Shown here one piece after another: positions 36,754 through 47,640 of a stretch of 64,000 nt of DNA. Origin of the DNA: Schmidtea polychroa (taxonomy: Eukaryota); the NCBI GenBank assembly GCA_044892525.1, contig CM097887.1:47616001-47680000 (forward strand), read 5' to 3'. The translations under genes and the position numbers were made by a program. Below the pieces are notes generated by a model, which made no database searches, had not been told where the DNA came from, and was given only the letters and a program-made list of their open reading frames with translations. How positions within the stretch are numbered: the first letter of the stretch is position 1; every line of letters starts with the position of its first letter.

Positions 36754-37928
36754 GAACCTTTTTCAATTCTATTATTATTTAGATGAGTTTTTTTAATACA
36801 AAATGTTGAAAAAACTTTTAAACTTTAAATTTTTTTAAATTTTAAATATAGACAAAGCTAAAAATTTGTGTTAAAATGGAAAATTAATTTTAATCTATCA
36901 TAATGAAAATATATATTAAATATCAAAAGAAAAAAATAAAAGGTTATCAGGCCCTCTACGCCCTATAGATTAATTAATCTTTTGGTGGTTCGCCGTTAAT
37001 CCACATTTTACCCTTTCTTTTCATTTCGACACATGAAAAGATACAATTGTTTACTCTTCCATCCGACAACCGTTGAGCAATCAGTATTAACGTCGTTTGA
37101 AGTAATTCGTGCTGATATCTCTGTTTTAACGATTAATTTTAAAATCTAGTCATAATCGATATTACACTCAAATACTTTGAGTAAGAATTTCCACTGTCTT
37201 TCAGTATCAATTAATCTATAATAGGGCTCCTTATAACAGCCGTCCTTCAAAACTTTGAGCAGAGGTCAGCCCTTTTTTTGATAATTTACTTTCCAAATTT
37301 TATATTTTTCTTAATTTCAACTAATTTTATGGCGACCAAGAAGGATTTCGCCATTTTCATAGAATATGTGTCCATGTTATGTTTGTGTTCATTCCATGAA
37401 TTACTTCTTACTTATTGTTTATCTTTTTGGTCATATATAAATTCTTTTAATTTTGTTTAATTGGTGTTGTGACGTGTTTTTAATTTGAATTTACTTAATG
37501 TTATGCCTGCATGCTATTTTCCAATGCATTCTGACCATATTACTGTACTTGGGCTTAAATTTAGTTTTTTTCCAACACTTTCATTACACAATTAGGTAAT
37601 ATTTAATTAAAAAATTTATGTCAATTTGAAACATGTAATAGGGTATTTTAAGTCTCAGTGAATTTATACAGGGAATTCAGGTCTCTTTAAAAAAACTTAA
37701 ACTAAATGGTTGTTAAAATATCATAATTATTTTTTAGGTTTCTGAGATTTTTTGTACGAGATTCGGCTCTTGTTAAAAAGTCCATGTACTTTTGTTGATC
37801 CTAGAATTTTTTACATGTATTTATGATATGAAATTTTGAAAAATCGAGGTCTTATGAGAAATTAAGGGAAATAAGTAAATTAAAGTAAATAGGTTAAATT
37901 TAAGTAATTATTTAAGGTACATCGCTAA

Positions 37929-37980
37929 CATGGGCGTCCGCAAGGTGGGAACCAGTGGGGGGCAATCCCCCCCCCCCCAC
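37929..37980 (+). mobile_element. Possible hAT-like terminal sequence
   Basis: CATGGGCGTCCGCAAGG...GGGGGGCAATCCCCCCCCC resembles hAT termini; partner end not found. Confidence 0.3.
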
Positions 37981-38606
37981 AGAATTTCCCAAACCATTCC
38001 ATTTTTCGATTAATTAAAACACATTTTAACAGATGCTCTCAAACAATGATGGAAAACCGAAGACAAAAAAAATTTAATTTAAAGAGACTTCCTGTCTTTT
38101 ATTAATGTTATTAATTATATCTGGAAATCAATGATTTCAAATCATCTTATTTGTACAAAAACTTTCAATATTAACTGACTTTCTGGTTTTAAAAAAGTGT
38201 TCTATTTTGTAAATAATCGAAAAAAATCCTATTTTCTATAATGCCCCAAATATTTATTATACACATGTATTTTTTTTCAAAGAAATGTATTGAATTTAAC
38301 ATATTTTAAGAAACGATGTCTTCCTAGAAATTTAAAAAAAGTAATGAAATATTTAATGTTATTTTTTACATAGATAATTTTTAAACAAATTTTTTGATTG
38401 GTTACACACCAGATTTTTTTATACACATTTAATTGATTTTTAAATAAATTTATTTTTATAGGTATTATTGCTCTTCAAAAGAAATTGACGATTGTCATAA
38501 GTATACTACATAAAGTCATATTATAATAAGATAAATTTTATATGTCTAGTATGCACCACTTCCCAAACCATTTGATATTTTGATTTTTATAATAAACATA
38601 AATATC

Positions 38607-41600
38607 TGTTGCGGGTACACTACTCGGATGACCCCTTGTTAGTGCAACTTTAGTCTAGAGGATGAATGTCACCTCGATTTCGCCCATCATTTATTTGGTC
38701 ATCGCCGAGCGGGACCCGTACATAACTTACACTCCAACATAGCACCCGTGAATTGCTTCACGTTGGAACTGTGCTATGCCGGCGAGACGCCAGTAAGCAG
38801 GTGAGCCAGCTCCTTCGGACTACTCCTTACTGAGGCCTCGACTTCCCAACCCTGACTGCCGATAGAAGGACTTACGTCTACTCATTCCGTCGCCCCATCG
38901 CAATATTCCTAGCTGAGTTTACCAACTGATTAATGCTCCTCACGATTTCATGACTCTCAATACCATTTGCCAATTTCAACTCAACTGTCTTAAGATGAAC
39001 ACAAAGAAAAAAAAAGTATGCAGACAAATATGGTTTATTATTAAGATTATCAAACAAATATATCTAACACCTATACAATAAAGTTCACGACAACGGGAAA
39101 AGAGACAAGGTAAAATGTTATCAGACAATGTTCAGGTCAATTCAGAGAACGAAGGCTTTTTACGGGGAAGTTCTCATTTCTCCCACTCCGAGTCGGCCAA
39201 TAGATCTTCCAAATCGAAAAACTCAGAGGCGTTTTCCTCCCAGGTAACACCAGCGGCGGAGATGATTCGCCCTGAGATCACTGATGCTAAATCAATTGCT
39301 GCAGGAGGGTTGATGACTTTGATTGGATGATCCGACGATTGCTGGTTCTGTTTGGCGGTTATGCGTTCCCGCTGTTTCTTTTTGCGTTCGGCTCTCGATA
39401 ATTGCCGACGCTTTGGCTTCGATGCCGTTGGATTGATCGGGGGTGCTGCGGAGGTGGATGCTATCGCAGGTAGCACTTTACTGGTTCCGGTAAAGATGAT
39501 TTCTGGTCCTTTAGGTGAGAGCTCGGTCTCTACGCACCCATGGCAGGACTTTCCGACTGGAGAAGAAGATCCGCCAGAGATATCATGATGCGCTGGGAAA
39601 AGATTACTGGCTTCATTAATTGGGATCTTCGCGATCTTCCTTGTAGTTGCGGCCTGGACGTATAATTTGTACAGCGCCTCCGACTGCTCTTTTATCAGGC
39701 TCCTCTGCGCCCGACTCTCGGAAATCAACGCGTCTCTACAGTGCTCGCTTCGGTGCAGCTTCTTCTGAACCCCCTTCATCTGGGTGGGACTAAACCATGT
39801 CCCCTCCAACTCATCTATCCTTCTTTTGTGCTTTCCGATTTGGGCCTGGAGCTCTTTGATAATTGAATTCTTGTCGGAGCAAGAAAAACAAGGTCGAAGA
39901 ACGGTCTTGGAATTTGGCAACATTTTTGAGTGACTGTGAAAAAAAAATGAAAAGTGAAAATAATTAAATCAGCGGGAGTGTCACCATCTGACTACATCCA
40001 TACTGTACTGATCATAGACAAAAATATGGGTATACCAGTCCAGACAAGTTCTACTACGCGATGGATTCTCGTACCCTTTCGGGGCTTTAATTATAAGAAG
40101 ATAAATCGATCAAACCAGATTTCGCACAGGAAAAAGGAAGATATTACTATTTGTGAGAGAAATTCTAGGTCGATGAAAATGATTATTTATTTAATTCGCT
40201 TAGAGTCATTATTTCACGTTTACCGAGAATCGATTTAAATTGTCGACTTCTCCCCCCGTACGAGTGCTTTTAATGAGTGTATCATATACTGGGGGCGAGT
40301 GACTATCTATGGAAAAGGGGTCCATAATGCCTGTCGATTAGTTCCTACAGGATAAACGGAAGGTTATTTAAATTTTTAATTGTTTATTCATTCTCTTTAA
40401 TTACTCACATATGTGTTTTACCTGGTTTACATAATATTTATTTAACAATATTCGATATTAATATTAATGATAACTATGTCAAAAATTGAAATAATTTCGG
40501 TGCCATTCATGCTAAGATAATAAAGAGAGAATAATCATAATTATGATCGAGTTTATCATTAAAAATTAGTGTCTTTATAACAACTGAGCACGGTATCAGT
40601 GTGAGCTAGTAGTCGACCATACCTGCTGGGTAGATAAGGTAATGTCAGCCTAGTGATTGACTCTTAATCCGGAACGGTAAAATCTGATACCTGTCGGTAG
40701 TTTGATTAGTTAATAGAAATTCCATCTGGCATGTCCGGTCTGATTTTACATGATTAGAGACGGTGTGACTTTACCCACTACGCTTGGCTACTGTGTATGT
40801 CGGCAACTGGGTGACGCATGCAAGTTGCGTTTTCACACTCTTAATTATACCGATCGCTAGTAATGTAGGTTTTAAATGTTTGTATGCTGACATTTTCTCA
40901 GATTTTATCTACTGCGTAATCACTCACCATTCTCCTACGTATGGTGATGATTTACTAATTCTCACCGGATTATTGGAAAAATTAAAATTATCTATATTGC
41001 AAATGTTGGATACAGCCTGCTCCAAGGGTGGATTTTCCGTCTTTAATTCCTCAAACATAGTTTATCGAGCTACTCTCTAAGTGCTGGAGGATTTCTACCT
41101 GTCCCTGCTGGATTGCCAGCCCCCTGAAATACTGGAATTTTATATTTAATTAAAAAGATCCTCGGTTAACTTGAAGAAATATATTTTCTTGGCTCGAGTT
41201 AGTTGCATTTTTCATTTTTAAATTATTTGATGCCAATAGTTCGTGTAATTATGATAATTAATTATATGTAAATCCTTTCATATAAAATTCTAAAAAATTT
41301 ATGATAGCGAATCATTTTATGTAATTTAAACTTTTATTTGGAACAAACTCGTTTTATGCAATTCTGAATAACTATTTGGATTAAATCATTTTACCTGGTT
41401 CTACCATTTATTTACAAACAGTCATTTCGAGTAATCCTGATACTTGTCTGAAGCAATCTATTTTGAACTCCCTTGCAACTATATCTTTAAGAGAACTTTC
41501 AGACGAACGGAATAACCGTTCAGAAGGTCATAGGCTAAAAATTGGTCGGAACAGATTCTGAGTGAAAGGTATGGACATCAAAGACATGTCACAGATAGCC

Positions 41601-42748
41601 TCATCAAGGTTTGAACAATTTTTGACGCACAACCTACATTGATGATAGAGAAAAATTTTTCCTAGCAAACACGACATTCGAAAACGATAGTGTGGCACCC
41701 TCAATCACTGCGCGAATACATCCAAACCCTCCGATTCCTTTATTACATATCTTTGTTTTCAATCACTACATGACTATCAATTTTCTGCCACCATTTACCT
41801 ATAGATTTTAGTCGCACCTTCAGCAATTGGACCCGTGAAGAAGCCCTCACATTTCGGCCCAATCTAGCTGCGTGATTGAAATACCCTATGTCCACCGGTG
41901 GAGCTCCCGAAGGCACCTCACACCATGACATAGAGTATCTCAACGCCACGTTTCTCGCAAAATTGAATAGTCTCCAATAATAATTCATAAAAATTAATTC
42001 ATAAAAGATCAATAATTCTTAACGAGCAAATCATTTATTATCAAGCAAATTATTAATTTAAATAAAGCATTCTAAAATCAAACGAAAAGAAAAACCATTT
42101 TTTAAATTAAAAATATTATTAAACTATACGCATTACTTAAAAATTCAAAATAAGCAATCAAAAATCCTTACCGAATGATTGATACAAGTGTGGGCTGAGT
42201 CGAAAAGGGTACTATGTCGAATCAGTTAATGCTCGAATATCGTCTAGTTCTGTAAAAATCTCTTGAATCTTGGAATTGTCCTCGTGAGTTATCGTGCGTT
42301 AGTTGCTGGAGTTCTGTTCTGTCGTAGAATAGATTTACCTATTGAGGTGGTTTGATTAACAGTAATTGTTATGTTTTTAATGCCTGCTTATATATTAATT
42401 TTTTGTTTGCGCGGACCAATTAGAATTGAGTACCGCTTAATTTTATTAATTTAATTTATTTTCCTTGTTTTTAGTTATTTCTTCTTACTTTCTTTATTAA
42501 AATTATGTTTTTATTTATTTTCCTTAATTTTCTTATTATTTACTATATTTTACGTTGTTTTCCGCCATTCTATTGTCCTATTTTAATTTTTTCTCATCTT
42601 TATATTTTTTGTTTTAATTCCTATTTTCTAATTATTGTTTTTCTTATGTTTTATTCCATTTTGTTTGTCAATTTATTTGTTTTTATTTTTTTTTTATTTT
42701 AGTTAAGTTTGCCCTAATTTCTCAACTACCCTTCGATTCAGCCCAACA
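38607..42748 (-). mobile_element. 3' LTR, 4142 bp, TGTTG...CAACA termini
   Basis: Perfect 5-bp inverted termini; both ends homologous to the TSD-bounded solo LTR at 17851-29951; TATA at 42387-42394. Confidence 0.88.
39174..39923 (-). CDS. LTR-encoded 249-aa protein (EGTWFSP family)
   Basis: Intact; collinear with 28669-29418; acceptor TTTTCACAG|TCACTCAAAAATG; AATAAA near 39035. Confidence 0.85.
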   Translation of the reverse strand: MLPNSKTVLRPCFSCSDKNSIIKELQAQIGKHKRRIDELEGTWFSPTQMKGVQKKLHRSEHCRDALISESRAQRSLIKEQSEALYKLYVQAATTRKIAKIPINEASNLFPAHHDISGGSSSPVGKSCHGCVETELSPKGPEIIFTGTSKVLPAIASTSAAPPINPTASKPKRRQLSRAERKKKQRERITAKQNQQSSDHPIKVINPPAAIDLASVISGRIISAAGVTWEENASEFFDLEDLLADSEWEK

Positions 42749-42981
42749 AATCACTCGGGGACCCATCAAAATTGCGTCCCGCAATTGCATAGTTATCTTA
42801 CTTCATGCATTCATAAAAAGGATATATCGAAACAATTATACTACAATAACAAAAACAATTTTATTCTAAGATATAGGTCAAATCAAGACCAAGCAAGTAT
42901 CACTTAAGGTGATAGTTTGTATATACAATAAAAGTTTCTACATATGATAACCCCAATGTTTGAGTTAGAGTTTATGAACTG

Positions 42982-43641
42982 TTAACCATTTGATGCTTCT
43001 GCCGGCGGTTGTTGGTTGGTTTGGGTATTGATGTTGAGATAGGTCTGACTGTAAGAATTCGGCTGGATTGGTTGGTTACTCGGGATTCGAGGTCGGAATG
43101 GGGTTGGGTTAAGATTTGTCAGTGGCACTTCTTGAGGATTTCTGTTCGAGGTTACTCTTATTGATGTCGGGATTCTACATTTATTTCTAACTTCGTAAAT
43201 CTTCATGAGTATTGGTAGACATAGGAGGAGGGTTTCTGCGACCACCACATACATGAGATAATGGGTGTCATTGATTTCGGGAGGTGTTTTTGGCTTTTCT
43301 ACAAGATTTTCAAAATTCTCTTGTTGCATTTGTTGTTCTAACTGGTCGAATTGTTGGATTTGTTCGAGGATTTGTTTGTTTATCATTTTACAAATGGGAT
43401 TCTTTTTACACATTGTTTGGATGTTGTTGATGTGTGAACGGGTTGATTGAAGGGTTTGGATGATATGGATTTTTACTGTCATAGGGTATGTGCATTGGCC
43501 GGATTCTCGTTTAGGTTCTTGATTTTTATTTCGGTAATCTCGCACGATTTTCGGTTGGGCGTTTACTTGTTTGTTCTCCGTCAGAATCATCAATACCGTC
43601 ATTGTTATCATCATCTCGCCTCGCATGATACTATTATACAT
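42982..43641 (-). CDS. Accessory ORF5: predicted type I membrane protein (signal peptide, small Cys ectodomain, TM, Pro/Asn/Gln-rich tail)
   Basis: MMITMTVLMILT...VNA signal-like; YLMYVVVAETLLLCLPILMKIY TM-like. Confidence 0.7.
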   Translation of the reverse strand: MYNSIMRGEMMITMTVLMILTENKQVNAQPKIVRDYRNKNQEPKRESGQCTYPMTVKIHIIQTLQSTRSHINNIQTMCKKNPICKMINKQILEQIQQFDQLEQQMQQENFENLVEKPKTPPEINDTHYLMYVVVAETLLLCLPILMKIYEVRNKCRIPTSIRVTSNRNPQEVPLTNLNPTPFRPRIPSNQPIQPNSYSQTYLNINTQTNQQPPAEASNG

Positions 43642-43682
43642 TCATTATGGTTTATTTACAATTGGTTTTAGTGATCCTTAAT

Positions 43683-44444
43683 TTAATGATTCTGGTTTGG
43701 GTTATTTTCGGCGATTCTCATCAGGGTGGATTCCGCTTTAATGACTCTGTGTCTTAACTCGGGCAGCATTTCCAACTGTCTGTTCTTTTCACGGGCCTCC
43801 CTTTTCATGTGCCTTATCTCCTTTTTCAGTCTCTTAATTTCTTCCCGTTTTTTGTCGAGATTCCTTTTTAGTTCGATTTGTAGGAAATCTTGTTCGTTTT
43901 CCTGCGAAAGGTTTCGTTGTTGTTGTTGTTGTTGTTTTCTCTCGATCTCTTGGTACTTGCGAATCCATTTCTTCATTTCCTCACTTTCTCGTTGTTTTTC
44001 CTCCAATTGTCGATTTAATTTATTTATAGTTATTTGGTGTTCTTTCGCTTCTGTTTTCCAATAATCTTGGATTACTTCTTCTGCCTTGAAGCTTGCCCTC
44101 TCTTGCCATAGTTCCTCTGCAATCTTTTCCCAGTTTCTTCCTCGTGTTCGTTGTTCTTGCAACCATTCATTCTTCTCTTCAGCTTCTCTCTTTATTTCTC
44201 CTAACGCTTCGCACTCCTTCTTTAGTATTTTAATCATTTTTCGGTCTTCTATATATTTGTTTATTAGTCTCTCGTTTTCGTCCCTCTCTTCCCGTAACTT
44301 GGCCTTTAACGTTTGTGTTTCTGTTGTTTCTGCCTCAATCTCTCCCTCTTCCACGTCGCTCGTAATTTCTATTATTTCCTCGATTTTCATATCTGTAATA
44401 TGTACAGTTAATGGTGCGCTATAGTGCGACTTATACTTATGCAT
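43683..44444 (-). CDS. Accessory ORF4: coiled-coil protein of unknown function
   Basis: 253-aa open frame, E/K/R-rich heptads, same codon bias as the polyprotein; likely start MKIEE after TTACAG. Confidence 0.7.
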   Translation of the reverse strand: MHKYKSHYSAPLTVHITDMKIEEIIEITSDVEEGEIEAETTETQTLKAKLREERDENERLINKYIEDRKMIKILKKECEALGEIKREAEEKNEWLQEQRTRGRNWEKIAEELWQERASFKAEEVIQDYWKTEAKEHQITINKLNRQLEEKQRESEEMKKWIRKYQEIERKQQQQQQRNLSQENEQDFLQIELKRNLDKKREEIKRLKKEIRHMKREAREKNRQLEMLPELRHRVIKAESTLMRIAENNPNQNH

Positions 44445-44557
44445 TTATATAAAATTTTAATAGTTCGGGTTACAGTCCCTTGAATACTTTTACAATACTT
44501 TAATTTTTTTGTTTGGGATATACGTCCCGATTTTTGTTTTTATCTTTTTATTCACCC

Positions 44558-45613
44558 TTATACGAAGGTTTCCTCCTGTCCCACATAACCTTCGTCACTA
44601 TCGACCGCTGGATGCAGCTGTATCGCAATAGGGTCATAGGGTAGGTAATATTGGGGGATTTGAGCTCTCAATTCACTAACTTCGTCTCTTAGAGCTCGAG
44701 TGATATTCAGCTCTTCGTCGAGCAGATAAGTGAGATACCTTGTCTCTTCGTCTTTCGCCTCTACTTGTCTATCTAAGGCCTTGATTTTCTCGTCGCCCTT
44801 CCATTTTTCAATTTCTATTTCCAAGTTTTTGATATTTTCGGTATACATTTTCCTCTCGTTTTCTAATTTTCTGTTTTTTCCCGCTAGGACCATGTTTCTT
44901 TGTTCTAACGATCCTTGTAATCCATTAAGGTCTCTTTTCATCTCTTCGACCTGATTTACTAATTCCACAATCCGTCCTGCTTGTTGGGTTATCATCTCTT
45001 CCATTGCGGCATTCTCGTGCTCTCTTATGTCGCATTTTATTGCCAAATGTCGCTCAAATTCCATAGCCTTTGTTTGCCAGGTTTGACTTCGGGCGGCGAC
45101 CTTTCTCAACCGTTTCAATTCTTCCTTTATTATTAAATTCTCCTCCCATTTGCCCTGTTCGCTCTCATATCCGAGTCTCATGGGCAATTCTTTCATCTCT
45201 TTTTTCATTTCATTGCTTTGTCTTTTCCATTTTCTCGCTTCTGCCACTAAGTGCATCATTTTCCTGTCTTCTATTTGTTTTTCCGCTTCGCGCTTGGTGT
45301 TCTCATCGGTAAGTCTCTTTCTCGCTTCCTGCACTAGCTGCTTTAAGTAGTGGCTGTGTGCTTCTTGGCGGGTATTTTCTAGTGACGCCCATTTTGATGC
45401 TCTTTTGCATGCTTCTGCTTCCGCTCTTAAGTTGTGTATTAACCATTGGTATTGACTATTCTCATCTTCTCTAGCTTCTTCGATGTGATTTCTGGTGAGA
45501 TTAGTTAGTTGGAACATTACTCTGTTCCATTTTTTGTTATGTTCTCGGGGAATTTGTGTCTTGTTGACATTGGTTGGGGCTATCGCAGTTTCGGTTAGTT
45601 TCTCTTGTGTCAT
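44558..45613 (-). CDS. Accessory ORF3: 351-aa coiled-coil protein with acidic/aromatic tail
   Basis: Long open frame with heptad pattern; tail YYLPYDP...DSDEGYVG. Confidence 0.72.
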   Translation of the reverse strand: MTQEKLTETAIAPTNVNKTQIPREHNKKWNRVMFQLTNLTRNHIEEAREDENSQYQWLIHNLRAEAEACKRASKWASLENTRQEAHSHYLKQLVQEARKRLTDENTKREAEKQIEDRKMMHLVAEARKWKRQSNEMKKEMKELPMRLGYESEQGKWEENLIIKEELKRLRKVAARSQTWQTKAMEFERHLAIKCDIREHENAAMEEMITQQAGRIVELVNQVEEMKRDLNGLQGSLEQRNMVLAGKNRKLENERKMYTENIKNLEIEIEKWKGDEKIKALDRQVEAKDEETRYLTYLLDEELNITRALRDEVSELRAQIPQYYLPYDPIAIQLHPAVDSDEGYVGQEETFV

Positions 45614-45806
45614 CTCTAAATCATAGACATCGATTAATTTTTTTATTATGAAAGAGGAATTTATTCATTATTTACTGTTTCTTGGGAAATTTTCGCATCA
45701 TTTTTGGGTTTTCGTATTTAGGGTTTTCATACTATTATTATATAATATTTTATTGGTTATATACACCGATATATACAGATTATTATATACAACATTATTC
45801 GATTGG

Positions 45807-47195
45807 TTACTCCGTTCTACCCTTCTCCTCTTTCCTCACGGTCATCTTGATATACACCGTGTCATTTCTTGCCATATCTTCTACTTTTTGTTGTAGGATG
45901 AATGTAGGTGCTCCTGTTGCTGATCCTTCTTCTGCCGTAGGTCTCTGGTAACACATTTGGTTTCCAGTTGTCTTGAAGCTTTGTTCGTGGATGCTTCGGT
46001 CATTCATTAGTGCAATATCGATTTTTGCCTGGAACGGCCACTCTATTATTTCGTCGTATTCCCCTTTACATAACAGAAAGAAAATCGAAAAGTGCGTATC
46101 TAATCCGGTTCCGTCCCCGTTGGGATATATCTTCATTTTCATTTTGTACCCATTTTTCCAAGAATGGAATGCAGGACTTGTTATTCTTGTCTCTTCTCCG
46201 GTTTTTGCTTTTCGTATTCTTTCTTTTACTCCCGTTATTTTCCATATGTAGGGTGCTGTTGGGGTTATCTCATTTAGATTTATTTCCCGTATTTTCTGAT
46301 GTAGCTCCTTGGCCTGATTATTACTGATTTCTATTCGGTTTATTTGCATCTTTATGTTTGCTCGGGCTTCTTCGAACGCTTCCCTTTCTTCTAGTAGTTC
46401 TTTGACTAACACTTTCAACGATGTTATCTCTATCTCCATTTGTTTTACTTTCTCTTCGCTTTCTTGTAACGCAGTCGACCACATTTCTGCGTGGGTTGAA
46501 GCATTTTCTACTAAATGATGTGGTAACTCACCTCGGTGTAGTAGTTTCTGACAACCCCATCTACCTAGTACACATGTCATTCTTTTCTTTTCGCATTCCC
46601 TTAGATGCTGTGCCACCTTCATTATTTCCCCTTGGTTACATCCGTTTGGGCATTCCCCACTGAACTCTGCACATACTCTCTCCTCTTGGACATTGTGATG
46701 TTTGAGGGTGAGATTTTTCCACGTATCTATTTCTCCACAGTGTTCACATCTTTCCAATCTCTCTTCACACTGCCTTTGATGCTCTTTTTCTTCGCTTGCT
46801 CGAATGGTTTTATGGCACCTTTCACACTGGCCAATTCTGTACATACATTCTCCCATATGTTGTACTACCTTCCATATTACTCCTTTCCATTCGCATGGGG
46901 CATTTTTGCATCCCAGGTTGGTGTTTAACATGTCTTTCACTGCGGCTTTATCCTCGTTAGTGTCTTCTAAACTCGATATTAGTGTCTCTTTACACACCGG
47001 GCACCTCTGTGGTCTATTCTTTATTGCTTCACTGATACATTCTTTACATACTCTGCATCCACATTGCGTTTGGTGAGGTTCCTTTAACAACTTTTCACAT
47101 ATTCCGCACATAACATGTTTGTGTATTCTGATCGTTGTAGATTTTCGGACTTGCTCGACAATCTCTCTGAACTCTTCTCTTTGTCGTTTATCCAT
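45807..47195 (-). CDS. Accessory ORF2: intronless full-length TRAF homologue (RING, TRAF zinc fingers, coiled coil, MATH)
   Basis: CGIC..LL.EP.QT.CGCRVC..C...CPVC; several CxxC..H..C fingers; MATH motifs YIWKI, SPAFHS..GYKM..KIYPNGDG.G..TH.SIFF...KGEYD....WPF. Confidence 0.93.
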   Translation of the reverse strand: MDKRQREEFREIVEQVRKSTTIRIHKHVMCGICEKLLKEPHQTQCGCRVCKECISEAIKNRPQRCPVCKETLISSLEDTNEDKAAVKDMLNTNLGCKNAPCEWKGVIWKVVQHMGECMYRIGQCERCHKTIRASEEKEHQRQCEERLERCEHCGEIDTWKNLTLKHHNVQEERVCAEFSGECPNGCNQGEIMKVAQHLRECEKKRMTCVLGRWGCQKLLHRGELPHHLVENASTHAEMWSTALQESEEKVKQMEIEITSLKVLVKELLEEREAFEEARANIKMQINRIEISNNQAKELHQKIREINLNEITPTAPYIWKITGVKERIRKAKTGEETRITSPAFHSWKNGYKMKMKIYPNGDGTGLDTHFSIFFLLCKGEYDEIIEWPFQAKIDIALMNDRSIHEQSFKTTGNQMCYQRPTAEEGSATGAPTFILQQKVEDMARNDTVYIKMTVRKEEKGRTE

Positions 47196-47280
47196 TCTAT
47201 AATTATATGTACAAATAGTTCTTATCGATACAGGTTCGATATTTTATTTACAATTATTTACATTTTAAGCTAGGTTTGGT

Positions 47281-47640
47281 TTAGGGTTCGGAAGAGTCGG
47301 CTTCGTGTCCGCTCTCCTCTCTATTCATTAGCCATTCCGACCAGTCTTCTATTTCTGTCTGTTCTGCTTCCTCCATCATTCTGTCTAGCTCGATTTCCTG
47401 TCTACGGCTATATTGGGTTATCCTCTCTATCTCTCTTTGCATTTGTTCGATTTTCAACCTCTGGTCTTCAATTATTTTCAAATAACTAAATCCTCTATTC
47501 ATACTCTCGATTAGGTTTCTGTGCATCGTCAATCCTTGTTCTTGCAAATTGGACACTAATTGTGCTAATACGGCACATTGTTGCTTCCATAATTCTTCAG
47601 TTACTGTATTGTGGTTCATTTCGTTATTTCCTTGATCCAT
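47281..47640 (-). CDS. Accessory ORF1: ~119-aa coiled-coil protein with acidic Trp-containing tail
   Basis: Likely start MDQGNN (47640); tail EIEDWSEWL. Confidence 0.6.
   Translation of the reverse strand: MDQGNNEMNHNTVTEELWKQQCAVLAQLVSNLQEQGLTMHRNLIESMNRGFSYLKIIEDQRLKIEQMQREIERITQYSRRQEIELDRMMEEAEQTEIEDWSEWLMNREESGHEADSSEP

Noticed and set aside
36990-37275. Possible decayed esterase-like LINE ORF1 on the minus strand
   Set aside because: Multiple stops and no diagnostic motif I can confirm.
41743-42012. 89-aa ORF as a conserved LTR gene
   Set aside because: The homologous frame in the other LTR has stops, and substitutions are mostly non-synonymous.
45807-47195. Assigning a specific TRAF orthologue symbol
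   Set aside because: Family membership is clear but orthology needs a phylogeny.
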